DNA of 64,000 nt, taken from positions 88,465 through 152,464 of the forward strand of contig CAWJKZ010000004.1 of the NCBI GenBank assembly GCA_963843575.1, given 5' to 3'. The stretch's first letter is position 1, and the number at the start of each line of letters is the position of its first letter. Below, piece by piece: positions 48,292 through 58,580 of this stretch. This stretch comes from an uncultured Acidobacteriota bacterium (lineage in GTDB: Bacteria; Acidobacteriota; UBA6911). The position numbers and the translations under genes were made by a program. The notes below the pieces were generated by a model that saw only the letters and a list, made by a program, of their open reading frames with translations, made no database searches and was not told where the DNA came from.

Positions 48292-49323
48292 TCAAGGACC
48301 CGGCCTTGACCGCGGGACGATGTGGAGTGTTTTCTTTTCTAAATTCCTCAACAAAGTAACAGTCCCCGCGGTTCCCGCTTGCCGTTCGGCCAGAAGCTTG
48401 TGCAGGTCGTCGACCCCTTCGGTCGGGTTTCCGTCAAACTCGACGACGATGTCGCCTTCCTGCACGCCGGCTGCCTGCGCGGGGCTTCGGTTTTCAACCG
48501 ATACCACCAGGATCCCGCTGTCTGTTGCGAGGTTGTGGAAACGGCTCACGCGCCTCGGGAGCGGGACCCTTTGGCCTCCCACCCCGATGTAGCCGCGGTT
48601 GATTTTGCCGTCCCGGATGAGCCGGCCTGCCACAAATTTCGCCGTGGCGCTCGCGACCGCGAAACAGATGCCTTGAGCGGGGAGGATCATGGCCGTACTC
48701 ACTCCGACCACTTCACCCGCGGAGGTAACCAGCGGCCCCCCGGAGTTTCCTGGATTGAGGGCTGCGTCGGTTTGAATGATGTTGTCGATGAGCCTGCCTG
48801 AAGAGGAGCGCAACGAACGGCCGAGGGCGCTGACCACGCCGGCAGTCACGGTGCACTGGAACCCGTACGGGTTGCCGATAGCGATTACCAGTTGACCTAC
48901 CCGGAGCCGGTCGGAGTCGCCGAGCGGAGCCGAGGCCAGGCCGGGCGCGGCGATGCGCACAACTGCAAGGTCCGTGTCCGGATCGTCCCCGGTGAGCTCG
49001 GCCCTGAACCGAAGTCCGTCGTGGAGTATCACGTCGATGCGCGACGCGCCGTGTACGACGTGACTGTTAGTCAGGATGAACCCATCCGGTGTAAAGGCGA
49101 AACCCGATCCGCTACCCCCGTTCTCGCGCTGTGGGGATCCCGCTCGGCCTCGGCCGACGTGTTGCACATCCACCTTGACCACCGAGGGGCTGACCCGGCC
49201 GGCAGCGGCGACAACCGCGCGGGAATATGCATCCAGGAGCGTATCCTGGGATTGATCAGCCGATTCCGACAACCCAGGCAGTTCGGCCGGAATCGGGCTG
49301 CCTAAAAACACAAGTTTACTCAT
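48292..49323 (-). CDS. S1C (HtrA-like) serine protease with one PDZ domain
   Basis: [44 protein letters not shown]; start MSKLVFL at 49323. Confidence 0.92.
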   Translation of the reverse strand: MSKLVFLGSPIPAELPGLSESADQSQDTLLDAYSRAVVAAAGRVSPSVVKVDVQHVGRGRAGSPQRENGGSGSGFAFTPDGFILTNSHVVHGASRIDVILHDGLRFRAELTGDDPDTDLAVVRIAAPGLASAPLGDSDRLRVGQLVIAIGNPYGFQCTVTAGVVSALGRSLRSSSGRLIDNIIQTDAALNPGNSGGPLVTSAGEVVGVSTAMILPAQGICFAVASATAKFVAGRLIRDGKINRGYIGVGGQRVPLPRRVSRFHNLATDSGILVVSVENRSPAQAAGVQEGDIVVEFDGNPTEGVDDLHKLLAERQAGTAGTVTLLRNLEKKTLHIVPRSRPGP

Positions 49324-49531
49324 ATTCTCTCTTCCACCCTTTCGAGGAATATGCGATCGGAGCCGACGGAATGCAAATTGGCGGATGATTTCCCGCGGTC
49401 CACGCCTCCTTTCGAGGTGTGGTCGAGGTGCACCTGACCGGATTGCGCGCTCCGCCGTCGAGAGGTAGACTGGGATCACTCGGGTGCCGCGGTCTCCTCG
49501 CTAACACCGCAGCGCGGAAAGGAGAGCACGC

Positions 49532-49873
49532 ATGTTTGATCCTGTTCATAATCTTCTCCATCTGCTCTTAGACCCGTTGGAGAAGGGCCTGAACTCTTTA
49601 GGATTAGGCTTTCCTGAATATGTTGCCATCCTCTTCGTAGTCGGGGTGCTGATTACCATTCCATGGGCCAACATATTCATGAGAGTGGGGTACAGTCCGT
49701 TGAAGGGATTCCTCATGTTTATCCCTATCCTGAACATTTTCGTGTTTTTCAAATTTGCCTTCGGCGAGGAGTGGCCGATCGAACGCGAACTGCGGAACGC
49801 CAGCCGGTCCGTGCGAGATCCCGAGCGCGCTTTAAGAGGCAGCTCGCCGCCGCGAACGCCAGAGTCCCGATAA
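49532..49873 (+). CDS. Small membrane protein
   Basis: GGAG RBS; PW..IF.R.GYS...LMFIPILN...FAF..WP two-TM pattern. Confidence 0.65.
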   Translation: MFDPVHNLLHLLLDPLEKGLNSLGLGFPEYVAILFVVGVLITIPWANIFMRVGYSPLKGFLMFIPILNIFVFFKFAFGEEWPIERELRNASRSVRDPERALRGSSPPRTPESR

Positions 49874-49930
49874 TTCCGGCAGTGCGCACAGGAGAGGCAT
49901 GTGCGAGTCTGTTGATGCCGCCACCTGTTT

Positions 49931-50027
49931 GCCGCGGATTACGCGGATTGGGCTGTAAGAGGTCACGGTTGTACATGAGTAGCAGCCAAGGATTCCGCGG
50001 CTTCGAATCCGTGGAATCCGGGGCTGC
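49931..50027. repeat. Copy of the ACGCGGAT intergenic repeat family
   Basis: GCCGCGGATTACGCGGATT ... AATCCGTGGAATCCGGGGC imperfect terminal inverted repeat. Confidence 0.6.
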
Positions 50028-50049
50028 ATCTGATTGGGGGACCCATCAG

Positions 50050-50745
50050 ATGGCATCGAAGATCATGGCAATTGCCGGCCACCCAGGCGACGCATACTTC
50101 ACCATGGGCGCAACCGTCGCCCAGCACATTCACGGCGGAGGCAGCGGAATTTTCGTCAGCCTGTCGCACGGCGAAAAGGGCGCGCCCAAAAACATCCCGG
50201 CCAAGGAATACGGGGAGATGCAGCGCGCGGCCACGGAGAAAGCCGCGAAGCTCCTGGGCGCCGAGAGCCATCTGCTCGCCTATCCGGACGCCGAGATCCC
50301 CAACAACGACAGGATCACGCTCGAGGTCAGCGACCTGATCCGCAAGCACAAGCCCTCGATCGTCGTCACGCACTGGAGCGGGACTTGGCACAAGGACCAC
50401 CTGCACTGCTACCTCATCGTGCTCGATGCAATTTTCTACGCGGATCTCGCGACGCTCGAGAGGCCGCTCCCCGCCCACACGGTGGAGAAACTCTATTACG
50501 CCGAAAACTGGGAGGACCCGACGAACTACCAACCGGACGTGTACCTGGACGTCAGCGCGGTGTTCGACCGGTGGATGGAGGCGTGCGACATGTTCCCCAT
50601 GTGGCGCGGGCAGACCGGCTTCTTCCGCTACAACGATTACTACCGCAGCCTCGCGGTCATGCGCGGTTGCCTCGCGAAATTCCAGTATGCCGTCGCGCTC
50701 ATGAAAGATCCCTACCAGCGCGTAGCGAACCTGAAATCTCTGTGA
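50050..50745 (+). CDS. PIG-L family deacetylase
   Basis: IMAIAGHPGDA, SHGEKG, IRKHKPSIVVTHW, HKDH, PDVYLDVS. Confidence 0.85.
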   Translation: MASKIMAIAGHPGDAYFTMGATVAQHIHGGGSGIFVSLSHGEKGAPKNIPAKEYGEMQRAATEKAAKLLGAESHLLAYPDAEIPNNDRITLEVSDLIRKHKPSIVVTHWSGTWHKDHLHCYLIVLDAIFYADLATLERPLPAHTVEKLYYAENWEDPTNYQPDVYLDVSAVFDRWMEACDMFPMWRGQTGFFRYNDYYRSLAVMRGCLAKFQYAVALMKDPYQRVANLKSL

Positions 50746-50845
50746 CAGCATGCACGGAAATGGCAATCGAGTCCTGCCTGATGCCGGTGCGTACTGTGAT
50801 AGCTTTCTCCGGGGGATATCATTGATGGCAGCCGATCTCGATTCC

Positions 50846-51850
50846 ATGAAGATTGCTTTTTTCGAACTCCCTGCGCGTGAGGAAGCCTACCTGCGCAGCT
50901 CGCCGCTTGCGCGCTATAGGCCAGCCTATCACGCCGAGCCCCTGCGAACCGAGAATCTGGGGTCGGCGGCAGACGCGCAAGCCATCTCGATTTTCATCTA
51001 CTCACGGATAGGGCCGGCGGAGCTGGAGCGGCTCGCGGCCCTGCGGCTGATCGCGACGCGTTCCACCGGGTTCGACCACATCGACCTGGCCGCGTGCCGG
51101 GCCCGCGGCATCACGGTTTCGAATGTGCCGTTTTATGGTGAGAACACGGTGGCGGAGCACACTTTCGGCCTCATCCTGGCCCTGTCGAGAAACATCCACA
51201 GAGCTCACGTCCGAACGAGCCGCGGCGATTTCTCGCTCGAAGGGCTGATGGGTTTTGACCTGAAAGGGAAAACCATCGGCGTGGTCGGCGCAGGACGGAT
51301 CGGTCTGCACGTGATTCGCATGGCCAGGGGCTTCGGCATGGAGGTCCTCGCCTCGGATACACGCCAGGACCATTTCCTTGCCGAGGTGCTCGGGTTTGCC
51401 TATGTTCCCTTCGAGGAACTGCTCGCCCGGTCCGACGTTATTTCGCTGCATGCCCCCTACAACACCCACACTCACCACCTGATCGATCGCGAACGGCTGG
51501 CGCTGGTGAAGAGGGGCGCCATATTGATCAACACCGCCCGAGGAGGGCTGATCGACACTGCGGCCCTGGTCTGGGCTCTCGACGAGGGAATCCTGTGCGG
51601 CGCAGGACTCGACGTCCTGGAGGGCGAAGACATCATCAAGGAGGAAACTCAACTGCTTGCGAGCCAGCAGTCCACGGAAAAACTGCGGCTGCTGCTGTCC
51701 AATCATATCCTGCGCAATCGGGAAAATGTCGTGCTCACGCCGCACATCGCCTTCAACAGCCGGGAAGCCCTCAACCGCATTCTCGACAGCACGATCGAAA
51801 ACATTCTCGCGTTCGCTTCCGGCCGTCCGGTCAATGTCGTTGCCGAGTGA
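50846..51850 (+). CDS. D-isomer specific 2-hydroxyacid dehydrogenase (D-lactate dehydrogenase-like)
   Basis: TRSTGFDHID, NVPFYGENTVAEH, GVVGAGRIG, SLHAP, INTARG, GLDVLEGE, TPHIAFNS. Confidence 0.92.
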   Translation: MKIAFFELPAREEAYLRSSPLARYRPAYHAEPLRTENLGSAADAQAISIFIYSRIGPAELERLAALRLIATRSTGFDHIDLAACRARGITVSNVPFYGENTVAEHTFGLILALSRNIHRAHVRTSRGDFSLEGLMGFDLKGKTIGVVGAGRIGLHVIRMARGFGMEVLASDTRQDHFLAEVLGFAYVPFEELLARSDVISLHAPYNTHTHHLIDRERLALVKRGAILINTARGGLIDTAALVWALDEGILCGAGLDVLEGEDIIKEETQLLASQQSTEKLRLLLSNHILRNRENVVLTPHIAFNSREALNRILDSTIENILAFASGRPVNVVAE

Positions 51851-52004
51851 AGTTCGGAAGACCTGAGCATCGCCGCAACCTGTCGGATTCGTGGCGTGGC
51901 GACTACAATCTGGCCATGCGATTAGACTGCTGGCGTGTGTCATCTGCCTTGCCGCCGGTTAGGCGGTCAATCTTCCGGGCGCAGGTCGACACGGCCTGGA
52001 TGAG

Positions 52005-52330
52005 AGGTTATATGCTGACCATCGTCGAGAAGCAGTCCATGGTCCAGGAAGTGGTCGCAAGCGCTGAAGTGTTCCAGTCCGGGCTGAAAGCCAGTGGCCA
52101 CGTCGAGGTCCCGGGCATCTTTTTCGACACCGGCAAATCCGAGCTGAAACCCGAATCGGATGCAGCCGTGGGGGAGGTTGCGAAACTGCTGAATGCGGAT
52201 CCCTCCCTGAAGGTCTACGTCGTGGGCCACACCGACAACGTCGCCTCGCTGGAACTGAACACGAAACTGTCCCAGGTCCGGGCCGAGGCCGTCGTCCAGG
52301 CGCTCGTAACAAAACACGCGCCCGGCGCAG
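52005..52330 (+). pseudogene. OmpA C-terminal domain fragment
   Basis: GIFFDTGKSELKPES...VVGHTDN...NTKLSQVRAEAVVQAL; lacks the N-terminus and the final NRRVE motif. Confidence 0.75.
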
Positions 52331-52439
52331 CACCACACACTGATCCGTACCAGCTCATAAGGTACGGCATCAACGAAGAGACCTACTCAAGCAGCCTGCT
52401 GCCAGTCGTATCGATGATGCAAGCCACCGACTGCTCCGG

Positions 52440-52871
52440 TCACTTAATCGGGGAGTAGTCTGTCGCCTCCATGAACACCGAATCGATCTTGCCTACCAGC
52501 TTGCCGTTGGTTTCCGACTCCTGCTGCACCTTCTTCCACTCTGGGTCCTCGATGAACGCAGCCCACGACTTCTTGGCTACCTCGCGGTCAGGAAAAGAGA
52601 GTATGTAGATCAGGGTATTCTGGGATGCCGGCGCGTCCGTGGGGACCCAGTACCCTACGCCTTTCATCCCGTGCTTCTCGAAAATCCTCGTCGTGTGATC
52701 CCTGAACCTGGCCTGCAGTCCTGGCAGTTTGCCCTCGTTCGTCGTGTAGGTCCGGAGTTCGAACACACGGCCTTTCGGCAGACCCTGCGCCGCGTTCTCG
52801 CTGCCAACCCAGAAACCGACTACGAAAATCCCAGCTATCGCGATGGCAACAACTACTGCTCGTCTGATCAT
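52440..52871 (-). CDS. NIPSNAP family protein, secreted
   Basis: FELRTY, RFRDHT..IFEKHGM, LIYIL, WAAFIEDPEW, TDYSPIK. Confidence 0.9.
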   Translation of the reverse strand: MIRRAVVVAIAIAGIFVVGFWVGSENAAQGLPKGRVFELRTYTTNEGKLPGLQARFRDHTTRIFEKHGMKGVGYWVPTDAPASQNTLIYILSFPDREVAKKSWAAFIEDPEWKKVQQESETNGKLVGKIDSVFMEATDYSPIK

Positions 52872-53029
52872 GGTAACCTCGATAGTCAGACTACGGCTTT
52901 CCTGGGGATAGTAGTTCGTCTTTCCTGCGAGAGCAGAATAGCACCGGTTTGGGTGGAAACCTCCCGGAATTGTCCAGCGTGGCAGACGAGGCAGGGAGTT
53001 CCGAAATCGGGGGAGTCAACGCGCTCGGC

Positions 53030-53371
53030 CAAGTACGGCGGCGTGACCGGCGTGGGAGCGAACATGGCGTTTCGACGCCCACTTTTTGAGACGCTTGGGT
53101 GGTTTGATATGGCCCTGGATGTGTGGACGCCCTCGTGCGGACGCTGTTGTCTGCAGTATCATCGCTGCGACTTCGAGAGTCTTCGCCGGCAGCTTTACCG
53201 CAACGGGTGTTCGTACGGGGCGAACCGGAGGTGACCTCCAAGGCGGGGAGGATGGGCTGCCGGATCTACGAGGTGGGAATCAGCGACTGGGGCACGACGC
53301 ACGCCGAGGGAAAGAAAATCGAATGGAAGGACCGGGTACGCACCATCTTGTGCATCCTCAAGTACCGTTGA
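53030..53371 (+). pseudogene. Degenerate remnants of two family-2 glycosyltransferases
   Basis: GVGANMAFRR..FETLGWFD.ALD and, in another frame, RIYEVGIS..G.T.AEGKKIEWKD..RTILCILKYR*. Confidence 0.6.
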
Positions 53372-55244
53372 GCGAGTGGACGGAAGGGAAACGGACAGAG
53401 TGTATCCGGTCGCTTGAACGGATCGGAACTGCGTTCCTCCTGTTTCTTGCCTCAATACTGCTTATCGGGATTCCCTCCCCGGCAGCCGCCCAGTCCCCGG
53501 TGGGGCCGAGCAGGCCCCTGGAATTCCGCTACCGGGCTCCCGAAGCCGGGGAAGTCTTCCTTGTCTGGGGGATTGAGGGCTGGCAGGCCGTACCTGAGGA
53601 GGAACAACCGCCGGGGACCTCGGTAAGGAACCGGGTGATGCACACACCCATGGTGCGCCGGGGGAGCAGTTTCCTGGCCAAGGTGCAGGTTGATCCTCGC
53701 GTTACGGTCGAATACGGATTTCTGGTCACAAAAACCTGCGACGGACTGGAACTCGAGCTGCGGCCGGGTTGGGATGGCCGGAAGGAATTCCGGGTCGTGG
53801 CGGGCGAAGCCCCGGATCTTCTGGAAATCGGTTCTTCCCTGGAACTCTTCCCCCCGATCGACCTCGGGACGCTCCTTTTCGGCGTGGCCTGTTTAATGTT
53901 GGCGATCGGAGCCGGGTACTTGGCCGATTTCATTTTTCGCAAGGCGCACAGCCGTTCCGACCGCTCTGTTCTGGTCGTGGCTCTGATCGTCATCGTCGCC
54001 ATAGGCTTCGGGTTGCGCATTGGAGCGGCGACCCATTGGAGTCATGTCCGACCGGACAGCCCGGCGCGGTTGATCGGGGATGAGCCCGGCTTCGACCGTA
54101 TGGCTCGAGATTTGCTGGACGGATTCGGATTCACATGGCCGGGGCGTGTACCCCTCTATCCGATCTGGCTTGCAGGGATCTACCGGGTCTCGGGCGGATC
54201 GTACCACGCGGTCGCCTACTTCCAGTCCCTTTGGGCGTCGCGACGATCGTGCTCACCTTTTTCCTGGGGAAGCGGATGCTCGACACGCGGGCCGGCATTC
54301 TTGCCGCCATTGGGGTATCGGTCAGCTACGTCCTCATCAAACAACCGCTGCATTTACTGAGCGAGGCCTTGTACACGCCGGTTTTGTTGCTGGTCATGCT
54401 CTCGCTGGCCAAAGCGTTCTCGGAACCTACCCGGAATCGCTTTTTTGCCGCCGGGGCCTTGATCGGCGTCGGCAATCTCGTCCGACCGGCGTTGCTGTTT
54501 TTTCCCTTGTTCTTGGTCGTTCTCCTCCCCTTCGTACAGGAAAGGAAGAAGATAGCGAAATACTGGCTCGGCCTCTGCGTCGTTTCCTTTTTGGTTGTGT
54601 TACCGTGGATCCTGCACAACTACCTGAAGTACCGGGCGATCATCCCTCTGCAGACCAGCAACGCGATCCTGTGGCAGGGAAGTCCGGAATACTATCACCT
54701 GGTCCACGATCGGCAGTACACATACATGCGGATCTGGAATGAGATATTGTATGGTCCCGGTTGGCAGCAACACGATCCGACGAGCATCCCGGGAGACCGG
54801 TACTGGACCCGGCGAGCCCTGCAATCGATCGTTGCGGAGCCGCTGGTTTATCTAAGATATTCCGGGGAAAAGATCTTCACATATTGGCTCGGAGATCCAA
54901 GCGCCGATTGGGGTAACCGGCACATCTTCAGCTATACCGGTTTGCGGCAGGTCGGCTTTTCCTCCTATGCGGCGGTGCAGATCATCTTTGCCCGGTTTCT
55001 TCCGATCGTCGCGATGATTTCGCTGCTTTTTCTGCGATCGAAATGGTCGAAGCTCCTGCCGCTCCTTGTCATTTTGAGCTATTTTACCCTGCTCCATGCC
55101 ATGACCCATGCGGAAGCGAGATTGAGCGAACCGTTGCAGCCGATGTTGCTGATCCTGACCGGCGGAGCGTACATGACGGTGATCGATAAGGCGAGAGAGC
55201 GAAGAATAGCGAAAGGACCCATACCCGTATCTCCATTAGTGTGA
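53368..55244 (+). CDS. ArnT/GT39-like membrane glycosyltransferase with N-terminal CBM48-like domain (frameshift ~54230)
   Basis: FRYRAPEAGEVFLVWG; GDE..F...A, R.PLYP..LA, then in the next frame LLSEALY, LVRP, PWILHNY, EARL. One T is missing in CCCTTTGGG. Start uncertain. Confidence 0.75.
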
Positions 55245-55369
55245 ATGTTTCCGTCACCTTGCGATTTGGACGGATAGGTGAAATAAGCTGCTTGGCGGCG
55301 GTTGCTCAGCTGCGGCGGATGTACTGGTTCACCCAGCACGGTATGAGACTTTTTTGCTGGCCGGGTAGG

Positions 55370-55626
55370 AGGCCGCCGCCAGTGGACTCCCGGTGATCGC
55401 AACGCGCACCAACGGCGTCGAGGATTTATTGGGAGATGGCCAGGCCGGTGTGCTGGTCGAGCGGAACGAGGAAGCCGTCGCCGATGCGTTGGTCCGGTTG
55501 ACTCGCGACCCGGCCTTGCGGGCACGCATGGGCAGCACCGGCCGCGCGCGGGCCCTGTCCTTCGGTCACGCTCGTTTTACGGACAGCGTACTCGAAGCCT
55601 ATCGCCTTCTCTCGCCCGGCGCCTGA
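55370..55626 (+). pseudogene. C-terminal remnant of a GT4 glycosyltransferase
   Basis: PVIATRTNGVEDLLGDGQAGVLV...LADALVRL..DPALRARMG. Confidence 0.7.
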
Positions 55627-55649
55627 GTGTTTGCTGAAAGCTGACTGCT

Positions 55650-56807
55650 CTAAGCCTTTTCCATCTCTTCGGCATAAGCACGCATCCGTGCCAGCCGCGC
55701 CCGGTACGCTTCGTACAGCCCGTCGGCGTGCTCCCGGAGCGTTCTGCGTGAATTCGTCACGGGCATCTTCGTCGTGGCGTAGTCCACCTGGCGCACCCAA
55801 TCCCCGGGTATCGAAGACGCCCCGCTGAGTGCGCCCGAAATCCCTCCTGCGATCGCGGCCAGGCAGTCCGTGTCGCGTCCGAAGTTCACAGCCGCGCTGA
55901 TCGCTTCCTTCGGGTTTCCACGGGCCATCCGGAAGACGCAGATTGCCTTTGTGACCACCTCGTTCGCCGACGAGAAGGCATACGGCGTGCCGCTCCCGTT
56001 GTAGATGCTGTCGAACGCCTTCCGCATCTGCCTGAAGGCGGTGCAGTCTTTTGTGCGTTCCAGACCCCGCTCGATCTCGCCCGCGGCGCGCACCTCCCCG
56101 AAATCCTTGCCGAACCGCGGATCGCCTTCGTGGATGGCAGCGAGCACGCTCTCGACCGTGGCCCCCGGCCTGGTTGCGGCCGCAATTGCGAGGGCGGTTA
56201 TGGCGGCCCACTGCAAACCGCGGCTGTTGGTCGTCTGGTAGAGCTGCCCGACCTCGAAGACGTCACTGACCGCACCCGCCGCGTCGCCGGCGTTGATCAG
56301 CCCGATCGGGTGACACGAGCGCGCGAACGAGTTCAGCCCCGCGTAGTCGCAGTACCGGCCAATGTCACAGGCCGGGATGCCGCTCTTGGCCATCTCGAGG
56401 AGCTTCATCTCGAAGGGTTCGGAAATCATGCCGGCCTGCTCGGGCTTCATGTCGCGGACCCAGATCTTTCGGACATCCTCGGCATTCACGCGGTCTTTCT
56501 TTTCGATGATCGCCGTGATCATGAGCTTCTGCCGCTCGCACCCGTCTTCGGTAGTGCCCGGCTCGCGGTTCCAGCCATTGCTGTAATGCTGGTAAGGAAG
56601 GAGGCGGTCGATGGTGCCGTATTTCTGCTCGATGCGTTCGTAAGGCCAGCTCTCGCATGGTGCACCCATCGAAGACCCGACGTGGCAACCCACGATGCAG
56701 CCGTAGAACTTGTCACGGAGACTGACCTGCGCGGCAGGCACATCCCTGACAATGGCTGAGGCCACACTCAGTGCAATGCCGTTCTGAAGGAACTGGCGAC
56801 GTTTCAT
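55650..56807 (-). CDS. ADP-ribosylglycohydrolase family protein with Tat signal
   Basis: MKRRQFL; GCIVGCHVGSSMGAPCE, GTTEDG, AVNFGRDTDCLAAIAGGISGA...IPGDW. Confidence 0.88.
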   Translation of the reverse strand: MKRRQFLQNGIALSVASAIVRDVPAAQVSLRDKFYGCIVGCHVGSSMGAPCESWPYERIEQKYGTIDRLLPYQHYSNGWNREPGTTEDGCERQKLMITAIIEKKDRVNAEDVRKIWVRDMKPEQAGMISEPFEMKLLEMAKSGIPACDIGRYCDYAGLNSFARSCHPIGLINAGDAAGAVSDVFEVGQLYQTTNSRGLQWAAITALAIAAATRPGATVESVLAAIHEGDPRFGKDFGEVRAAGEIERGLERTKDCTAFRQMRKAFDSIYNGSGTPYAFSSANEVVTKAICVFRMARGNPKEAISAAVNFGRDTDCLAAIAGGISGALSGASSIPGDWVRQVDYATTKMPVTNSRRTLREHADGLYEAYRARLARMRAYAEEMEKA

Positions 56808-56876
56808 TGGAACCTCCCGGGCTGGCGAAGGCCTATAATAACTCCAAATTTCCACGTGGCCACAGCGGAGGGGGCA

Positions 56877-57946
56877 ATGGAACGAAGGGACTTTCTGAAG
56901 TCGCTGATCGCGGCACCCGCACTAGGCTCGTTCGACTGGGATGCCTTCCCCGAGGGTGCGCAGGCTGCGAAACCCGGCCAGGATTTCGATGCCATTATCA
57001 TCGGCTCCGGACTGGGGGACCTGAGCTGTGCCTATGCTTTTGCGCGAAAGAATTTCCGACCGCTCGTCCTGGAGCAGCACGACAGGCCGGGCGGTTATGC
57101 CACTTCCTTCGCCCGGCCCGGCGGCTTCGAATTCGACGTCAGCCTTCATTCCACGGGTGCGGGACAGCGGGAAGGCGTCTACAACGTGATCCCGGGGTTG
57201 TCGGACATCACGGACGTGGAATTCGAGCCGCACCCGCACTTGTACCGCGCGATATACCCGGAGCACGACATCACGGTCGCGCAGAAGGACCTCCCGGCTT
57301 ACATGAGGATGCTGACCGGCCACTTCCCTTCGGAGGAGGCCGGGATCAAGGGGATCGTGGAGGACATGGAGGGACTCGCGCGGGACATCAACCGGTTCTC
57401 CGGGATCTCCGATCTGCGCCGGTTCGCCTCGGATTATCCCTACCTGTTCAGTACCGGGGCCAAACGTGGGGTCAGATGGCCGACGCCCGCATCAAGGACC
57501 CGAAGCTGAAGGCTATCGTTTCGAATCTGTGGGGATACTACGGCCTGCCTCCGTCGCGGCTGTCCTGTTACTACTATGCGATTCCCACTATCGGGTACCT
57601 CGCGGAAGGGGGTTACTACCCGCGTGGCACGTCGCAGAAGATCAGCCGCTCGCTCGTCAAGTACATCGAGGAGAAGGGCGGCAAGGTCCTCCTGCGCACG
57701 CCCGTGACGGAGATCCTGGTCAAAGATCACGCGGCCACGGGGGTACGGACCGCGGATGGGCCGGAGTATGCGGCCAGGGTGGTCGTCTCGAATGCGAGCG
57801 CCCAGTCCACGTTCCGCTCCATGATGAACGAAGCGGTCTACCTGAAGGACTACCTCGCCCGGCTCGATTCGTACAGCGTCAGCCTGTCCGCGTTCCAGGT
57901 ATTTCTCGGGTTGAAGACGGACCTGGTGCGCAAATGGGGGATCACT
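56877..57946 (+). pseudogene. Tat-exported FAD-dependent oxidoreductase (phytoene desaturase-like), frameshifted ~57450 and cut at ~57946
   Basis: MERRDFL; DAIIIGSGLG, VLEQHDRPGGYATSF, FDVSLH; next frame GGYYPRGTSQ, VVVSNAS; ends abruptly. Confidence 0.8.
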
Positions 57947-58500
57947 TGATCGGTAAAACGCCGGGCCATCATTAAGGCTACCGCCAGGGCATCCCCCAAG
58001 GCCAAGGCGACGGTGGTGCTGCAGGTGGGCGCCAGGTTCAGGGGATCAGCCTCCCGGTCCACCCGGGCATCCAGAACCACGTCAGCCTGTTTGGCCATGG
58101 GTGAGTTGAGGTTGCCCACGATGGCGATCAACGGCGACCGGAATTGCCGCAGGACCGGGATGAGGCGCAGCAATTCCGCGGTGCTGCCGCTCTTGGAGAT
58201 CAGGATACTGGGGTCGCCCGGGGTATAGATCCCCAAATCGCCATGCACGGCCTCGGCGGCATGGAGAAACACCGCCGGGGTTCCGGTGCTGGACAGGGTG
58301 GCGGCGATTTTCTGGCCGATGTGGCCGGATTTGCCGATGCCGCTGACCACGACTTTACCATCATGGGCCAGCAGCAGTTCCACGGCTTTGGTCAAGTTAT
58401 GATCCAGACGATCCGCCGCCGCCGCCAGGGCTTGAGCCTCGACCTTCAGCACCTCTTGGGCGATTTCCCGCCAATCTGTCGCCGGATGGAATGATGGCAT
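57946..58500 (-). pseudogene. KpsF/GutQ arabinose-5-phosphate isomerase, truncated before the CBS domains
   Basis: SGIGKSGHIG.KIAATLSSTGTPA.FLH..EA.HGDLG, ISKSG, READPLNLAPT.ST, GDALAVALM; stops before FHPGG. Confidence 0.85.
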
Positions 58501-58580
58501 TTTTTTTACTAGAGAGCCAGTCAATGTAATCCTTTTATTAATTATAACGAATCATCAACGCCAACTGAAGGCAATATATT

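Noticed and set aside
51595-52458. 287-aa ORF as a full OmpA protein
   Set aside because: Only ~52005-52330 is OmpA-like; the rest overlaps the dehydrogenase gene or is non-homologous.
57940-57951. Two GATC sites at the junction suggesting a Sau3AI cloning chimera
   Set aside because: Homology on each side appears to run to ~57946, between the sites, and GATC is frequent here, so this cannot be distinguished from chance.
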